Assembly (NCBI GenBank): GCA_039804765.1
Contig: JBDLVL010000002.1
Span: forward strand, 24,739-88,738
Direction of reading: 5' to 3'
DNA length: 64,000 nt
Origin: Actinomycetota bacterium
GTDB lineage: Bacteria; Actinomycetota; Actinomycetes; Actinomycetales; Microbacteriaceae
A model generated the notes under the pieces. It did no database searches. It saw only the letters and a list, made by a program, of their open reading frames with translations, and was not told the origin of the DNA. The translations under genes and the position numbers were made by a program. Every line of letters starts with the position of its first letter. Within the stretch, counting starts at the first letter, position 1. Shown here in pieces: positions 1 through 9,572 of the stretch.

Positions 1-483
1 GAATTTGGTTTCAAGCGTGGTCTGCAGAATTGAATAAGGTGCGCCAACCTCATTGTTGTAAGACTCAATCGGTGCGATGGTAGGGCCGACCTTGCTAAGA
101 ATTTCACGGAGCATGTTTTTGGTCGTGGTCTTACCGTTTGAACCGGTGACTCCAATTACCTGCAGGTTTGTTTTTGAGCGAATCGCCGACAAAACATATT
201 TTGCTAATTCGCCTAGAGCCAGCACTGAATCAGTGACCAGAATCTGCGGCAGGGCGACGTCTTCCAACCAATGCTCAACGATAAGCGCAACCGCGCCGGA
301 CTCCTTGGCCGCAGGTGCAAAAAGGTGACCATCGGTTTCTTCGCCAGGCTTGGCCACAAATAGGCTGCCGGTTTTTACCAGACGTGAATCAGTTTCAACT
401 GAACCGGTGACTACAACGGATTCATCGCCTTTTATCTGACCGGAAACTGCATTAGCAATTTCGGCAACGGTTAGCGTAATCAT
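1..483 (-). CDS. murF: UDP-N-acetylmuramoyl-tripeptide--D-Ala-D-Ala ligase, 5' part (runs off the window edge)
   Basis: Manual translation from ATG at 483: MITLTVAEIANAVSG...TDSR...LFVAKPGEETDGH...IGVTGSNGKTTTKNML...SYNNEVGAP. Start overlaps the murE stop (ATGA). Not in the ORF track because it is truncated. Confidence 0.93.
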   Translation of the reverse strand, partial: MITLTVAEIANAVSGQIKGDESVVVTGSVETDSRLVKTGSLFVAKPGEETDGHLFAPAAKESGAVALIVEHWLEDVALPQILVTDSVLALGELAKYVLSAIRSKTNLQVIGVTGSNGKTTTKNMLREILSKVGPTIAPIESYNNEVGAPYSILQTTLETKF

Positions 484-2021
484 GACCAACCATTCTCTTT
501 TAAGGCTTCGCGCGCCTCGTGACGTGCAGAGTAAGGCGTGCGCACTCCCCTGATGTCACGGTAATCCTGGTGACCTGGGCCTGCCCAAAGAATTGCATCG
601 CCAGGCTGGGCCATCGAAACAGCCTTACGAATTGCCGCTTCCGGTGGCGAGACTTCGTAAATTTCTAGATCTGGCTTGGCGGCCTTCGCGGCATCGACGA
701 GGGTTTTTCTGATCGATGCCGGATCTTCAAAACGAGGGTGGTGATCGGTGATCACTAAGACATCGCACCCCTCTGCTGCAACCTGCGCCATTGCCGGACG
801 CTTGCTAGCATCGCGGTCACCATCGGCACCAAACACCATGATTAGTTTTCCGTCGGTCACTTTGCGCACAGCGGCCAAGGTGTTTAGGAACGCGTCTGGG
901 CTGTGGCCAAAATCCACGTACACGTCTGGGCCAGTTGCGCCGGTGACGCGCTCGGTTCTACCCGGCAAGTAGGCCTCGATGCCACTCTCTATTCCTTTAG
1001 CAATTTTCTGAACATCAAACCCAGCCTCAACCAACATAACGATGGCCAATCCAGCGTTGGCCGCCATGTGTGCGCCTAGCAGTGGAACGCGCGAACGAAT
1101 ATTTACGCCGTTAGGACCGGCAAGAACAAAGGAAGTGTATTTAGGGGTTTCGGCGGTTACCGCAACATGCCAGTCAGCATCCACGCCAAGCTCGCTGGTG
1201 ATTGTTACGACCGGGATTTCACTGGCCCTGACAAAGTCTTTTCCATATTTAGTGTCCAGACAAACCACGCCACGACTGGCGCGCTTCTTGGTAAACAGCG
1301 GAAGTTTTGCCTCAAGGTATTCCTGCATATCCTTGTAGTCATCAAGGTGATCGTGACTCAAGTTTGTGAAGCCAACGACATCAAAGTGCAGACCGTCTAC
1401 TCGAAGCTGACTAAGCGCCTGCGCCGAAACCTCAACGGCGACTGAGGTCACGCCCTTCTCGCGCATGCGCGCAATCAGGGCCTGCATCTCTGGGGATTCC
1501 GGGGTGGTCAAGCGACTAACGATTACCTCACCGGCAATGTGACGTTCAGCTGTTGAGGTTAGGCCGGTGACCTCGCCCAGCTGACGAAGAATTCCTTCAA
1601 GTAGATAGCTGGTTGAAGTTTTTCCGTTTGTGCCTGTGGTCGCAAATAGTTTTGGCATGTTTCCAGGCAGGTTTGCGTAAACGTAGGCCGCCAATTCACC
1701 AAGGTGTGCACGCGGGTTTTCAAGCGTCAAAACTGGAACCCTTACATCACCAAGAATTTCAGTGCCGGCGGCATCGGTGACAATTGCAACTGCACCCTGT
1801 TCAAGCGCTTTGGCAACAAAATTTGCACCGTGGGTCTTCTTACCCGGCATTGCAACAAACAGATCGCCGGGACGCAGGTCACCCGTGTTCATGCTGATAC
1901 CAGTCAATTGCACTTGGTTGACTTCGCCAACGGCAGGCAAATTGAAATGTTTGGCAAATTCGGTAAGGCGAACCGGCTCGACTACATCGGGCCTAAGAAT
2001 CGGAGGTATTTGTTCTTTCAT
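480..2021 (-). CDS. murE: UDP-N-acetylmuramyl-tripeptide synthetase (Mur ligase)
   Basis: TGTNGKTST P-loop, LTTPES, VEVSAQAL, FTNLSHDHLD, VDFGHSPD motifs. Lies between ftsI and murF. Confidence 0.93.
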   Translation of the reverse strand: MKEQIPPILRPDVVEPVRLTEFAKHFNLPAVGEVNQVQLTGISMNTGDLRPGDLFVAMPGKKTHGANFVAKALEQGAVAIVTDAAGTEILGDVRVPVLTLENPRAHLGELAAYVYANLPGNMPKLFATTGTNGKTSTSYLLEGILRQLGEVTGLTSTAERHIAGEVIVSRLTTPESPEMQALIARMREKGVTSVAVEVSAQALSQLRVDGLHFDVVGFTNLSHDHLDDYKDMQEYLEAKLPLFTKKRASRGVVCLDTKYGKDFVRASEIPVVTITSELGVDADWHVAVTAETPKYTSFVLAGPNGVNIRSRVPLLGAHMAANAGLAIVMLVEAGFDVQKIAKGIESGIEAYLPGRTERVTGATGPDVYVDFGHSPDAFLNTLAAVRKVTDGKLIMVFGADGDRDASKRPAMAQVAAEGCDVLVITDHHPRFEDPASIRKTLVDAAKAAKPDLEIYEVSPPEAAIRKAVSMAQPGDAILWAGPGHQDYRDIRGVRTPYSARHEAREALKENGWS

Positions 2022-2025
2022 ATCA

Positions 2026-3798
2026 TCACCAATTCAACGGTAGGTCAGAAGTCTTGGTTGTTGATGGTGGAACACGATAAGCCCGCAAAACTTGTTGCAT
2101 GATGCGCTTGAACGGCTTTGCCACACCAAGTGAGGAACCCACGGTACGAGACTTGAACGCTGTGACAGCAACCACGTATTGCGGGTCATCGATCGGCGCG
2201 ATACCAAAGTAAGAAATCGCATAAGGGCCAGCGTACTTGCCGGTGTTTTCATCGCGAATTTGGGCCGTGCCGGTCTTGGCACCAATTCGGTAGCCAGGAA
2301 TTGCACCGTAGCGACCGATGGGACCTGCCTCAACTACGCGCTCGAGCATGGACAGTGTTTGCGCCGAGGTTCCCTTAGAAATCACCTGCACGCCAGGCTT
2401 GACCGGCGCATTCTTGAAATCGTTGACGTTGCTTTCGCAGCCATCAACCAAAATTGGGTTTAGTCGCACTCCACCGTTGCCAATTGTCTGGTACATCATC
2501 GCGGACTGAATCGGGGTGACCGATACGCCCTGGCCAAACATGGATACATAACGCTTTACGCCATCATTCGACCAAGTGTCCTTTGAGTTCAAAAGACCTG
2601 AGCCTTCGCCCGGAAAATTAAGTGCGGTGCGCTTGCCCAGGCCAAACTTTTCAAGGTAGTCATATCGAGTTTTCCAATCAACTACCTTGCCCACATTTAA
2701 GATTCCGGTGTTTGAAGATTCCGCAAGCACACCGGTCATGGTTAGTTTTTCTAGACCGTGGGCGTGACTGTCTGTTACGCGATATCCATTTGAGTTTGGA
2801 ATCAAGAAAGCCGACGGTGCGTAAACCTTTAGGGTTGGAGAACCCATGCCGGTATCTACGACAGTGGCGGCAGTGATGGTTTTTAAAGTTGAGCCAGGCT
2901 CGAATGCGGCCTGAAAGATTCGAGCACGACGGTCGTCGGCCGAAAGCTTGCCCGGGTCATTTGGATCAACTGATGGCGCCTCGGCGGCGGCCAAGATGCG
3001 ACCGGTCTTGACCTCGATGATTGTTGCAGTTCCCCAGTCGGCGCGCAAAAACGAAACGGTTGAGGCCATGACCTGCTGTGCAAAGTACTGCAAATCTGAA
3101 TCAATAGTCAGGCGTACGTTTTTTCCGGCAACCGCTTGGCGGGTGGTAACAACACTGGAAGGAATCTTGATCCCGTCTTTGCCTTTTTCAAAAGACTCTT
3201 CGCCATCAACACCAGCAAGGCACTTATCGTATTCCTGCTCAATGCCTTCCATCAGGCCAGATTGAGTTATGAAGCCAAGAATATTTCCGGCTACGGCACC
3301 ATTTGGGTAAACGCGTTCGGCCATTGGATCGTAGTAGAGCCAAGGTACATTGAGTGCAACCAGCTTTCGATATTGCGCCGCGTTCACGCGCTTCTTAATT
3401 TGCGAATACTCTCCGGTGCCGATGATCTTTTGCATCACTTCTTGCGGAGTAATTTCAAGAATGGCGGCAATCTCAGCAGCAACCTGCTCAACCTGGATTG
3501 AAACCGTCTGACCAGATACCTTTCTTGCTACCGGACCTACTTTGCTTGGCGCTGCATTGATGTCGTATCGCAAAATGGTCTTTGCCAAAACCTTGCCGTT
3601 GACATCCAAAATCTCACCACGAACAGCGGGAACGACTCGGGTGACCGCACGCTTCTCGTAGGACTTTGCGTTAATTGCGTCAGCTTCAATAACTTGAAGA
3701 TCGATTAGGCGAATGGCAAATACTCCCACGAGCACCAAGATGAAGCCAACAATTTTCTTCAGGCGCTTAGATGGGTCACCAGGCGTCAGATATGTCAT
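2026..3798 (-). CDS. ftsI: Class B penicillin-binding protein (cell division transpeptidase)
   Basis: N-terminal TM helix, RGEILD, RVYPNG, SxxK (PGSTLK), SxN (SSN), KTGT. In the dcw cluster. Confidence 0.95.
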   Translation of the reverse strand: MTYLTPGDPSKRLKKIVGFILVLVGVFAIRLIDLQVIEADAINAKSYEKRAVTRVVPAVRGEILDVNGKVLAKTILRYDINAAPSKVGPVARKVSGQTVSIQVEQVAAEIAAILEITPQEVMQKIIGTGEYSQIKKRVNAAQYRKLVALNVPWLYYDPMAERVYPNGAVAGNILGFITQSGLMEGIEQEYDKCLAGVDGEESFEKGKDGIKIPSSVVTTRQAVAGKNVRLTIDSDLQYFAQQVMASTVSFLRADWGTATIIEVKTGRILAAAEAPSVDPNDPGKLSADDRRARIFQAAFEPGSTLKTITAATVVDTGMGSPTLKVYAPSAFLIPNSNGYRVTDSHAHGLEKLTMTGVLAESSNTGILNVGKVVDWKTRYDYLEKFGLGKRTALNFPGEGSGLLNSKDTWSNDGVKRYVSMFGQGVSVTPIQSAMMYQTIGNGGVRLNPILVDGCESNVNDFKNAPVKPGVQVISKGTSAQTLSMLERVVEAGPIGRYGAIPGYRIGAKTGTAQIRDENTGKYAGPYAISYFGIAPIDDPQYVVAVTAFKSRTVGSSLGVAKPFKRIMQQVLRAYRVPPSTTKTSDLPLNW

Positions 3799-3814
3799 CT
3801 GCCGACCTGCCTAT

Positions 3815-4384
3815 CTAGTGAGTTGGTGAAGCGGGAATCACGCCACCATTAGAAATTACTGGAGCGGTTGCTGCTTTCTGGGTAGCGACATTGGCGGGTG
3901 CAGCCTGCACCTCGGCCACTGGAACTTTCAAATCCTTTGAAGTTGCGGTCATAACTGAGTTTGCAATCAGGTTGCGGGCCACTCGGCCATCGGTGTCCAA
4001 AGCTGCTGTTGGCTTGCCGTAAACCTTTTGCTTACCAATGCTCAAGAAAACTGGATTGGAGTTTGCGATCATTCCCAACTTTTGTGCGGAGTTTGAAAGG
4101 TTCTGCTGTGATGAAAGTGAATCAACCTCATCAGCAATGATCTGTGATGTGGTGTTCAACTCGCGAGCCTGCTGCTGAAGGCTGGCTAGTTCGTACACGG
4201 CGGTTGAAGTAAGAATGTGAAGCACAAGGTTGGCAATCGCAATACCAAGGGCACCAATAGTCAGCATGGTGACGATCTTGTTTCTTGGGCTTGCGGCGCG
4301 AGAGTTGGCTAGTGATACCGAACGCAGTTGCGCGCGGGCTGGTGCCAGCTGGCGACTTGGGGAGGTTAAACGAATGGCGCTCAT
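3815..4384 (-). CDS. ftsL: Probable cell division protein FtsL (TM helix plus coiled coil)
   Basis: Single hydrophobic segment followed by a heptad-like stretch ending LSS..NL..SAQKLGM. Sits between rsmH and ftsI; call rests largely on position. Confidence 0.7.
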   Translation of the reverse strand: MSAIRLTSPSRQLAPARAQLRSVSLANSRAASPRNKIVTMLTIGALGIAIANLVLHILTSTAVYELASLQQQARELNTTSQIIADEVDSLSSQQNLSNSAQKLGMIANSNPVFLSIGKQKVYGKPTAALDTDGRVARNLIANSVMTATSKDLKVPVAEVQAAPANVATQKAATAPVISNGGVIPASPTH

Positions 4385-5343
4385 GCTGCTCTCCGGATCT
4401 TTTCTGCTGCGCGCAGTCGAACCGATGCAGCGCGTGGGTTTCTTGCAATTTCTTCCGTGGTGGCGGCTTCTGCGCCCTTCACCAACAGGCGAAGCACAGG
4501 TGCGTGCTCCGGAAGTTCAATTGGCAACTCAATCGGTGCCGATGAGTTGGCCGCGGCAACAAGTGCCTGCTTAGTGATGCGATCTTCGAGTGAGTGGTAT
4601 GACATCACGACGATGCGACCACCAACGGCAAGTGCACGAATTGCTGCCGGCATGGTGCGTTCCAAAACCTCGAGCTCGCCGTTTACTTCAATGCGTAGCG
4701 CCTGGAAAACGCGCTTAGCGGGGTGACCACTGCTCTTGCCAGGAATGAATGGAATGACCTTGGTAATCAAACCGGCGAGTTGAGTGCTTGTGGTGAAAGG
4801 TGTTGATTTACGAACCGATACGATCTCGCGCGCAACGCCCTTGGCATAGCGCTCTTCGCCGTACTCCTTGAAGATTCTGGCAAGGTCGGCCTCGCTGTAG
4901 TTGTTAACTACATCGGCCGCTGTCTTACCAATGGTTGAGTCCATGCGCATGTCAAGTGGTGCTTCGTATGAATAAGCGAAGCCACGTTCGCGTTCATCAA
5001 GTTGCATAGATGAAACACCAAGATCAAGCAAGATGCCGTGTGCCGATTCGATGTCTAGTTCCTCAAGAACATCCTGAATCTCGTCGTAAACCGCGTGAAT
5101 CAAATTCACACGATCGCCAAATCGGGCTAGTCGTTCTCCGGCAAGTTTCAAAGCAGTTGGGTCACGATCAATGCCAACCAGGGTCAAGTTAGGAAAGCGA
5201 TCAAGGAATGCCTCGCTGTGGCCGCCAAGACCCAAAGTGCAGTCAACGAAAACCGGCGAATCAACTTCAAACGCTGGTGCAAGGAGTTCGATTGCGCGTT
5301 CAAGAAGAACTGGATCGTGAAGTTCGGAGATTTGCTTAGACAT
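4381..5343 (-). CDS. rsmH: 16S rRNA m4C1402 methyltransferase
   Basis: [56 protein letters not shown] motifs. Confidence 0.97.
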   Translation of the reverse strand: MSKQISELHDPVLLERAIELLAPAFEVDSPVFVDCTLGLGGHSEAFLDRFPNLTLVGIDRDPTALKLAGERLARFGDRVNLIHAVYDEIQDVLEELDIESAHGILLDLGVSSMQLDERERGFAYSYEAPLDMRMDSTIGKTAADVVNNYSEADLARIFKEYGEERYAKGVAREIVSVRKSTPFTTSTQLAGLITKVIPFIPGKSSGHPAKRVFQALRIEVNGELEVLERTMPAAIRALAVGGRIVVMSYHSLEDRITKQALVAAANSSAPIELPIELPEHAPVLRLLVKGAEAATTEEIARNPRAASVRLRAAEKIRRAA

Positions 5344-5366
5344 AAGAGGTCAGTTGACTTCGTAGT

Positions 5367-5428
5367 CCCTAGAACTAGGGCCCCATCCATTTACTACCTG
5401 GCTTGGTTTCAGGTGAAATAGCTGGAGT
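5367..5428 (-). ncRNA. Structured mraZ-rsmH intergenic element, likely a degenerate mraW RNA motif
   Basis: On the - strand: CTCCA..TATTT-CACCTG-AAACCAAGC-CAGGT-AGTAAAT-GGATGGGG, then the inverted repeat CCCTAG-TT-CTAGGG. This is the position of the actinobacterial mraW motif, but the CUUCCCC loop is absent. Confidence 0.45.
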
Positions 5429-5441
5429 CTTAGCCTCAGGG

Positions 5442-5873
5442 CTAGAAGAGTCCTGGAATCACCTCCGCCGCTACATTCGCAAAGGCTGTTTCTTGCTTAG
5501 TCAAGTACTCGTTCCATGACTTGGCATTCCAGATTTCCGCACGAGCACCAACACCAATAACGACAAGGTCTTTATCAAGACCCGCGTATTGACGAAGGGC
5601 GGCCGGAATAGTCACACGGCCTTGCTTGTCAGGAAGTTCATCTGAAGCGCCAGATAGAAAAACGCGAAGGTAGTTGCGGGCCTCAATGCTGGTCACCGGT
5701 GCCTGACGAATCTTGTCGTGCACTGCAGCGAACTCAGCTGAGCTGAATACGTAGAGACAGTTTTCCTGTCCCCTGGTAATTACCAAACCACCCTGGAGTT
5801 CTTCGCGGAACTTTGCCGGAAGGATAACGCGCCCCTTGTCATCAAGCTTTGGTGCATGAGTGCCAAGCAACAT
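5442..5873 (-). CDS. mraZ: Division/cell wall cluster transcriptional repressor
   Basis: [20 protein letters not shown] and [10 protein letters not shown] (two DxxGR SpoVT-AbrB repeats); 143 aa. Confidence 0.97.
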   Translation of the reverse strand: MLLGTHAPKLDDKGRVILPAKFREELQGGLVITRGQENCLYVFSSAEFAAVHDKIRQAPVTSIEARNYLRVFLSGASDELPDKQGRVTIPAALRQYAGLDKDLVVIGVGARAEIWNAKSWNEYLTKQETAFANVAAEVIPGLF

Positions 5874-5912
5874 GTGCGTTCCCCCTTTCTCGACATCGAT
5901 CTTGCGCTTTAC

Positions 5913-5937
5913 TCCACATTACACCACTTTCCCCCAC
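5913..5937 (-). promoter_or_regulatory. MraZ operator: three GTGG boxes at 10-bp periodicity overlapping the dcw promoter
   Basis: - strand GTGGG-GGAAA-GTGGT-GTAAT-GTGGA (CCAC at 5914, 5924 and 5934 on +). A TAATGT -10-like hexamer is embedded. Confidence 0.8.
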
Positions 5938-6043
5938 GTATGGTGAATAATTGGCATATTTTCTGGTTTGGCGTGTCTTAATTGTCAATAAATTACTGGG
6001 ATATAGCAAGTGGAGGAAAATCCCACGAATTAGGCCAAAAAGC

Positions 6044-6072
6044 AAAAAACCCACCATTTTCTGGTGGGTTTT
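6044..6072 (-). terminator. Intrinsic terminator after the DUF3040 gene
   Basis: AAAACCCACCA-TTTTC-TGGTGGGTTTT perfect inverted repeat; the T run follows on the - strand. Confidence 0.75.
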
Positions 6073-6098
6073 AGTGCTTGAGCGGGGTCTGGGTGGGG

Positions 6099-6455
6099 CT
6101 ACTGGCCCTGACGCTTATTCCAGCGGTCTTCGAAGTAGCTGGTGCGCTGCGATTTTTCAGCCTGCGGCTTGGTTTTGGCCGCGCCGGCCAGAGTATGGGT
6201 TTGGTTTGAAGAGGTAGCCAAGATCAAACCTGCCAACATGACTAGAAAGCCGGCGACACCAAATAGGGCGAATTGAAGGATTACGGCGACGACCAGCAGC
6301 GAAAGGCCAATTATGGCGAGGGCTGCACCTGCGATGATTCGCCTTGGTGAGCGGGCTCCGGGCTTGCCCAACTTGTGAGCAAGGCTTGAGTCAGAGGCGT
6401 AAAGGCCGCGCTCGAGCTCGTCGAGAAGTTGCTGTTCCCGTTCGGAGAGTCCCAT
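6099..6455 (-). CDS. DUF3040-family membrane protein
   Basis: MGLSEREQQLLDELERGLYASD start, two TM helices, C-terminal FEDRW. Usual position upstream of mraZ in actinobacteria. Confidence 0.85.
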   Translation of the reverse strand: MGLSEREQQLLDELERGLYASDSSLAHKLGKPGARSPRRIIAGAALAIIGLSLLVVAVILQFALFGVAGFLVMLAGLILATSSNQTHTLAGAAKTKPQAEKSQRTSYFEDRWNKRQGQ

Positions 6456-6524
6456 TTTGTACCCCTTTGCCGATTTGCGCTGCTATAAAGAGTCTAAACT
6501 CAACAGCCAAGTTAGGCTATTCCC

Positions 6525-7640
6525 GTGAGCGAAACTAAAGTGCTACTTGGCCTGATTCAGGATCATCTGGATGAGTTTTGCATCGCTCGAAAAAGCGATT
6601 TTGAACAGATCTCCCCTGACCTAACCCCGGTCGTCGACTACACCCGCGACCTTCTGCAGGGTGGCAAGCGATTCCGCGCCCTGTTCTGCTACTGGTCTTG
6701 GGTTGGCGCACTGGCAGGATCTGATGTTCGGCAAAACGAGGCACAACGCGAGGCATCAGCCGAAGCAATCGTTGGAATCACCGCGGCGCTAGAGATGTTC
6801 CACGCAGCCGCATTGGTTCACGACGATTTGTTAGACCAATCCGATACCCGTCGAGGCGCGCCATCGGTTCACAAGAGATTTGAAAGTCTTCACTCTGCAT
6901 CCGGCTGGGCCGGCAGCCCTGAGCGATTTGGCGTTGCCGGATCTGTTTTGGTTGGCGACCTAATGCTCGGCTGGAGCAGCGAAATTTTTGGCAATGCACT
7001 ACTTCAGGCACCAGAAGCACAAGTTGAGACCGCTTGCCGCAACGAATTCAGCAAGATGCGTGTTGAAGTTATGGCTGGACAGTACCTAGACGTACTGGAA
7101 GAAAACGCGGCCAACACTCGACCGGTTGACGAGGCAGTTGGCCGAGCAAATCGAGTAATTCTTTACAAGACGGCTAAATACAGCATCGAGGCACCAATGC
7201 TGATTGGTGCGGCATTCGCGGGCGCCTCGCCAAGTTTGCTGCGCGGACTTTCCGCATTTGGTATCCCCCTGGGCATGGCGTTCCAACTTCGCGATGACAT
7301 TCTTGGTGTATTTGGTGATCCGGCAATCACCGGTAAGCCAGCTGGCGATGACCTTCGCGAGGGTAAGCGCACGGTTCTGGTGGCGTTGACCCGCGAATCA
7401 CTGACGTCATCGGTTGGTGCAATCTTTGATGAGATGCTTTCGAGCAGATCTCTTACTGGTGAACAGATCTCATTCTTGCAGCAGACCATCGTTGGCTCCG
7501 GTGCGCTGGCCAAAACAGAGCGAATGATTGAAGAACTTGCCGATGAAAGTTTGAATGCGCTTGAGTCGTTGGAAATGGATGAACGAGCAAAACACGAACT
7601 ACGGGAATTGGCGCTGAAGGTAATTAACCGCCAGGCCTAA
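6525..7640 (+). CDS. idsA: Polyprenyl (geranylgeranyl) diphosphate synthase
   Basis: GGKRFR, first Asp-rich motif HDDLLDQSDTRRG, GQYLD, KTAKYS, second motif FQLRDDILG, DLREGKRT. TAGGCT lies 6 nt before the GTG start. Confidence 0.9.
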   Translation: MSETKVLLGLIQDHLDEFCIARKSDFEQISPDLTPVVDYTRDLLQGGKRFRALFCYWSWVGALAGSDVRQNEAQREASAEAIVGITAALEMFHAAALVHDDLLDQSDTRRGAPSVHKRFESLHSASGWAGSPERFGVAGSVLVGDLMLGWSSEIFGNALLQAPEAQVETACRNEFSKMRVEVMAGQYLDVLEENAANTRPVDEAVGRANRVILYKTAKYSIEAPMLIGAAFAGASPSLLRGLSAFGIPLGMAFQLRDDILGVFGDPAITGKPAGDDLREGKRTVLVALTRESLTSSVGAIFDEMLSSRSLTGEQISFLQQTIVGSGALAKTERMIEELADESLNALESLEMDERAKHELRELALKVINRQA

Positions 7641-7658
7641 GGCACATCGGTGTTGGAA

Positions 7659-8006
7659 TTACAGCGCCAGCAACATAGCTAATCGACGAACAGCCGACTT
7701 ATGCCCCTTGAGTAAGAACTCCATAGGCGTGCCAGGCAGACTTTCGTCAAACGTGTAAAGCCACTTAAAGGCCGCCTCATAGCCCAGGCCTGAATCCAAC
7801 AAGACAATCATTGTTCCCGGCAGGCTTGGTAGCGGTTCACCCTCGACGATGATCTCAGCTGGAATCATCAGCACGCCATCGCGCTTGATTGCAATCAGGT
7901 GATGCTCTTCGATCCAACGGCGAATTCGTCCGGCAGGTTCGCCCAAAAGTTCCGCTGCCTCTGGCACGGAAATCCAAGACTTAACTTGGTCTAATACATC
8001 AGTCAC
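7659..8006 (-). CDS. Rv2175c-family DNA-binding protein
   Basis: N-terminal HTH (WISVPEAAELLG..RIRRWI), LPGT..VLLDSG, WL...DESLPGTP, VRRLAMLLAL. Near pknL. GTG at 8006 preferred as start (ORF track 8024). Confidence 0.85.
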   Translation of the reverse strand: MTDVLDQVKSWISVPEAAELLGEPAGRIRRWIEEHHLIAIKRDGVLMIPAEIIVEGEPLPSLPGTMIVLLDSGLGYEAAFKWLYTFDESLPGTPMEFLLKGHKSAVRRLAMLLAL

Positions 8007-8099
8007 AAGACAAGATTGCCACACCTCGGCACCTCACGGGTATCAAACCAGCCCCGTGCGATGATATTGGCTGGCTACCCCAGTAGAAATGTAGATATT

Positions 8100-9572
8100 T
8101 TGGACGAAAAACGTGACAAACAAGCGCTTGGTTTAGCGCTCGTCACGGTGCCGATTTCCATCGTGGGTGCTTTGAGCGGAGCCGACGCGGCAAACGCTCA
8201 ACAGGCACCGGTTATCCAAGACCTAAACACAAACACCGATAGCACAGATAGCACCGATAACGGCAATGCTGCAATGCCCCGAGGCCTAACTGCCGCAGCC
8301 ACTCCAATTCTTTCGACTGCAACCCAGCTGACCTACGTGGTCAAGGCGGGCGACACAATCAGTTCGATAGCAAGAAAATTTCAGCTTTCCACCAACCAAC
8401 TTCTGAACATCAATGGCCTAGAGACAAAATCCCTCATCGTTCCCGGTCAGAAGTTGAAATTGGTGGCACATGCGGTAGTGCCGGCAAGTAAGAGCAAAGC
8501 TGACGCGGCAACCGTGCACGTGGTCAAGCGTGGCGATACCGTGCAATCGATCGCAAAGAAATATTCAATTTCAATCACCACAGTGCTTTCGATGAACAAG
8601 TTGTCGGCAACGGCAATCATTTTTCCGGGTCAAAGGCTCTTGATTGGATCGGTAATTCCAAAGGCAGTCAAGCCAATCACTCCGGAGACGCACCAGGTTC
8701 AACCTGGTGAAACGCTGGCCTCAATCGCAAACCTATATGGGATTTCGCTGAACACGGTGTTGGCAGCAAACGGCTTCAGCGAGTCGTCGCTGGTTTACGG
8801 CGGGCAAACCGTCAAGCTGAAAAACTTTGAAACTACCACCGAGGCCGAAGTAAAGCCCAAGGATGTGGCCGCAAGTCAACAACAGCCGGTAGTTAATTTA
8901 GTCAGTGAATCGTCTGCGTCTACCGATCCACATCGACCATCTAGCGTGTGTGACGTTCACGGCTACCACACCGTTAAGACCGGAGAATCGGTGAGCAAGA
9001 TTGCCGCCGTGTATGGTCTTTCAACTCAGTCGATCTTGACTGCCAACCAACTTTCTTGGTCGTCGATGATTTACATTGGCCAAAAATTGGTGATTCCTGG
9101 CGTTCACGAAATCAAATTCTGCCCGGAACTCACCCAACTGACTGTTGAAATGAAATCAAACGCCCAAGTTATTTTCCGCGTTGGTAAATCACTTGGCGTT
9201 AGCGACTACGGAATCGTAATTGCGTTTGCCGCTGCCATGCAGGAATCGGGTTTGCGAAACCTAAGCTACGGAGACCGCGACTCAGTTGGCCTCTTCCAAC
9301 AACGCCCTAGTGCACACTGGGGCCAGGCCGAACAAATCTTGAAGCCGGAGTATGCCGCACGCGCTTTCTTTGGTGGCAAGACCAGCCCAACCTACGGTGC
9401 GGCACGAGGACTACTAGACATCAAAGACTGGAGCAACAAGTCAGTCACCCAAGCCGCACAGGCGGTACAAATATCTGCTTACCCAAACGCCTACGCGAAA
9501 TGGGAATCTTCAGCTTGGGTCTGGCTGGACCAATTACTTTCTGACCAAGCCGGGGCTACCAATAATGCCTAG
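8100..9572 (+). CDS. Secreted protein with four LysM domains and a C-terminal lysozyme-like domain (putative cell wall hydrolase)
   Basis: Signal-like hydrophobic N-terminus; LysM repeats YVVKAGDTISSIA, HVVKRGDTVQSIA, HQVQPGETLASIA, HTVKTGESVSKIA; C-terminal AMQES...SVGLFQQR. Start uncertain (8061 ATG or 8100 TTG). Confidence 0.85.
   Translation: MDEKRDKQALGLALVTVPISIVGALSGADAANAQQAPVIQDLNTNTDSTDSTDNGNAAMPRGLTAAATPILSTATQLTYVVKAGDTISSIARKFQLSTNQLLNINGLETKSLIVPGQKLKLVAHAVVPASKSKADAATVHVVKRGDTVQSIAKKYSISITTVLSMNKLSATAIIFPGQRLLIGSVIPKAVKPITPETHQVQPGETLASIANLYGISLNTVLAANGFSESSLVYGGQTVKLKNFETTTEAEVKPKDVAASQQQPVVNLVSESSASTDPHRPSSVCDVHGYHTVKTGESVSKIAAVYGLSTQSILTANQLSWSSMIYIGQKLVIPGVHEIKFCPELTQLTVEMKSNAQVIFRVGKSLGVSDYGIVIAFAAAMQESGLRNLSYGDRDSVGLFQQRPSAHWGQAEQILKPEYAARAFFGGKTSPTYGAARGLLDIKDWSNKSVTQAAQAVQISAYPNAYAKWESSAWVWLDQLLSDQAGATNNA
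8235..8261 (+). repeat. 9-bp tandem repeat x3, in frame (TDS-TDS-TDN)
   Basis: accgatagc acagatagc accgataac in the linker of the LysM protein. Confidence 0.7.

Noticed and set aside
6525-7640. Polyprenyl synthase as part of a carotenoid/actinorhodopsin cluster
   Set aside because: No crtB, crtI, crtY, blh or rhodopsin gene nearby; this is the conserved position next to the dcw cluster.
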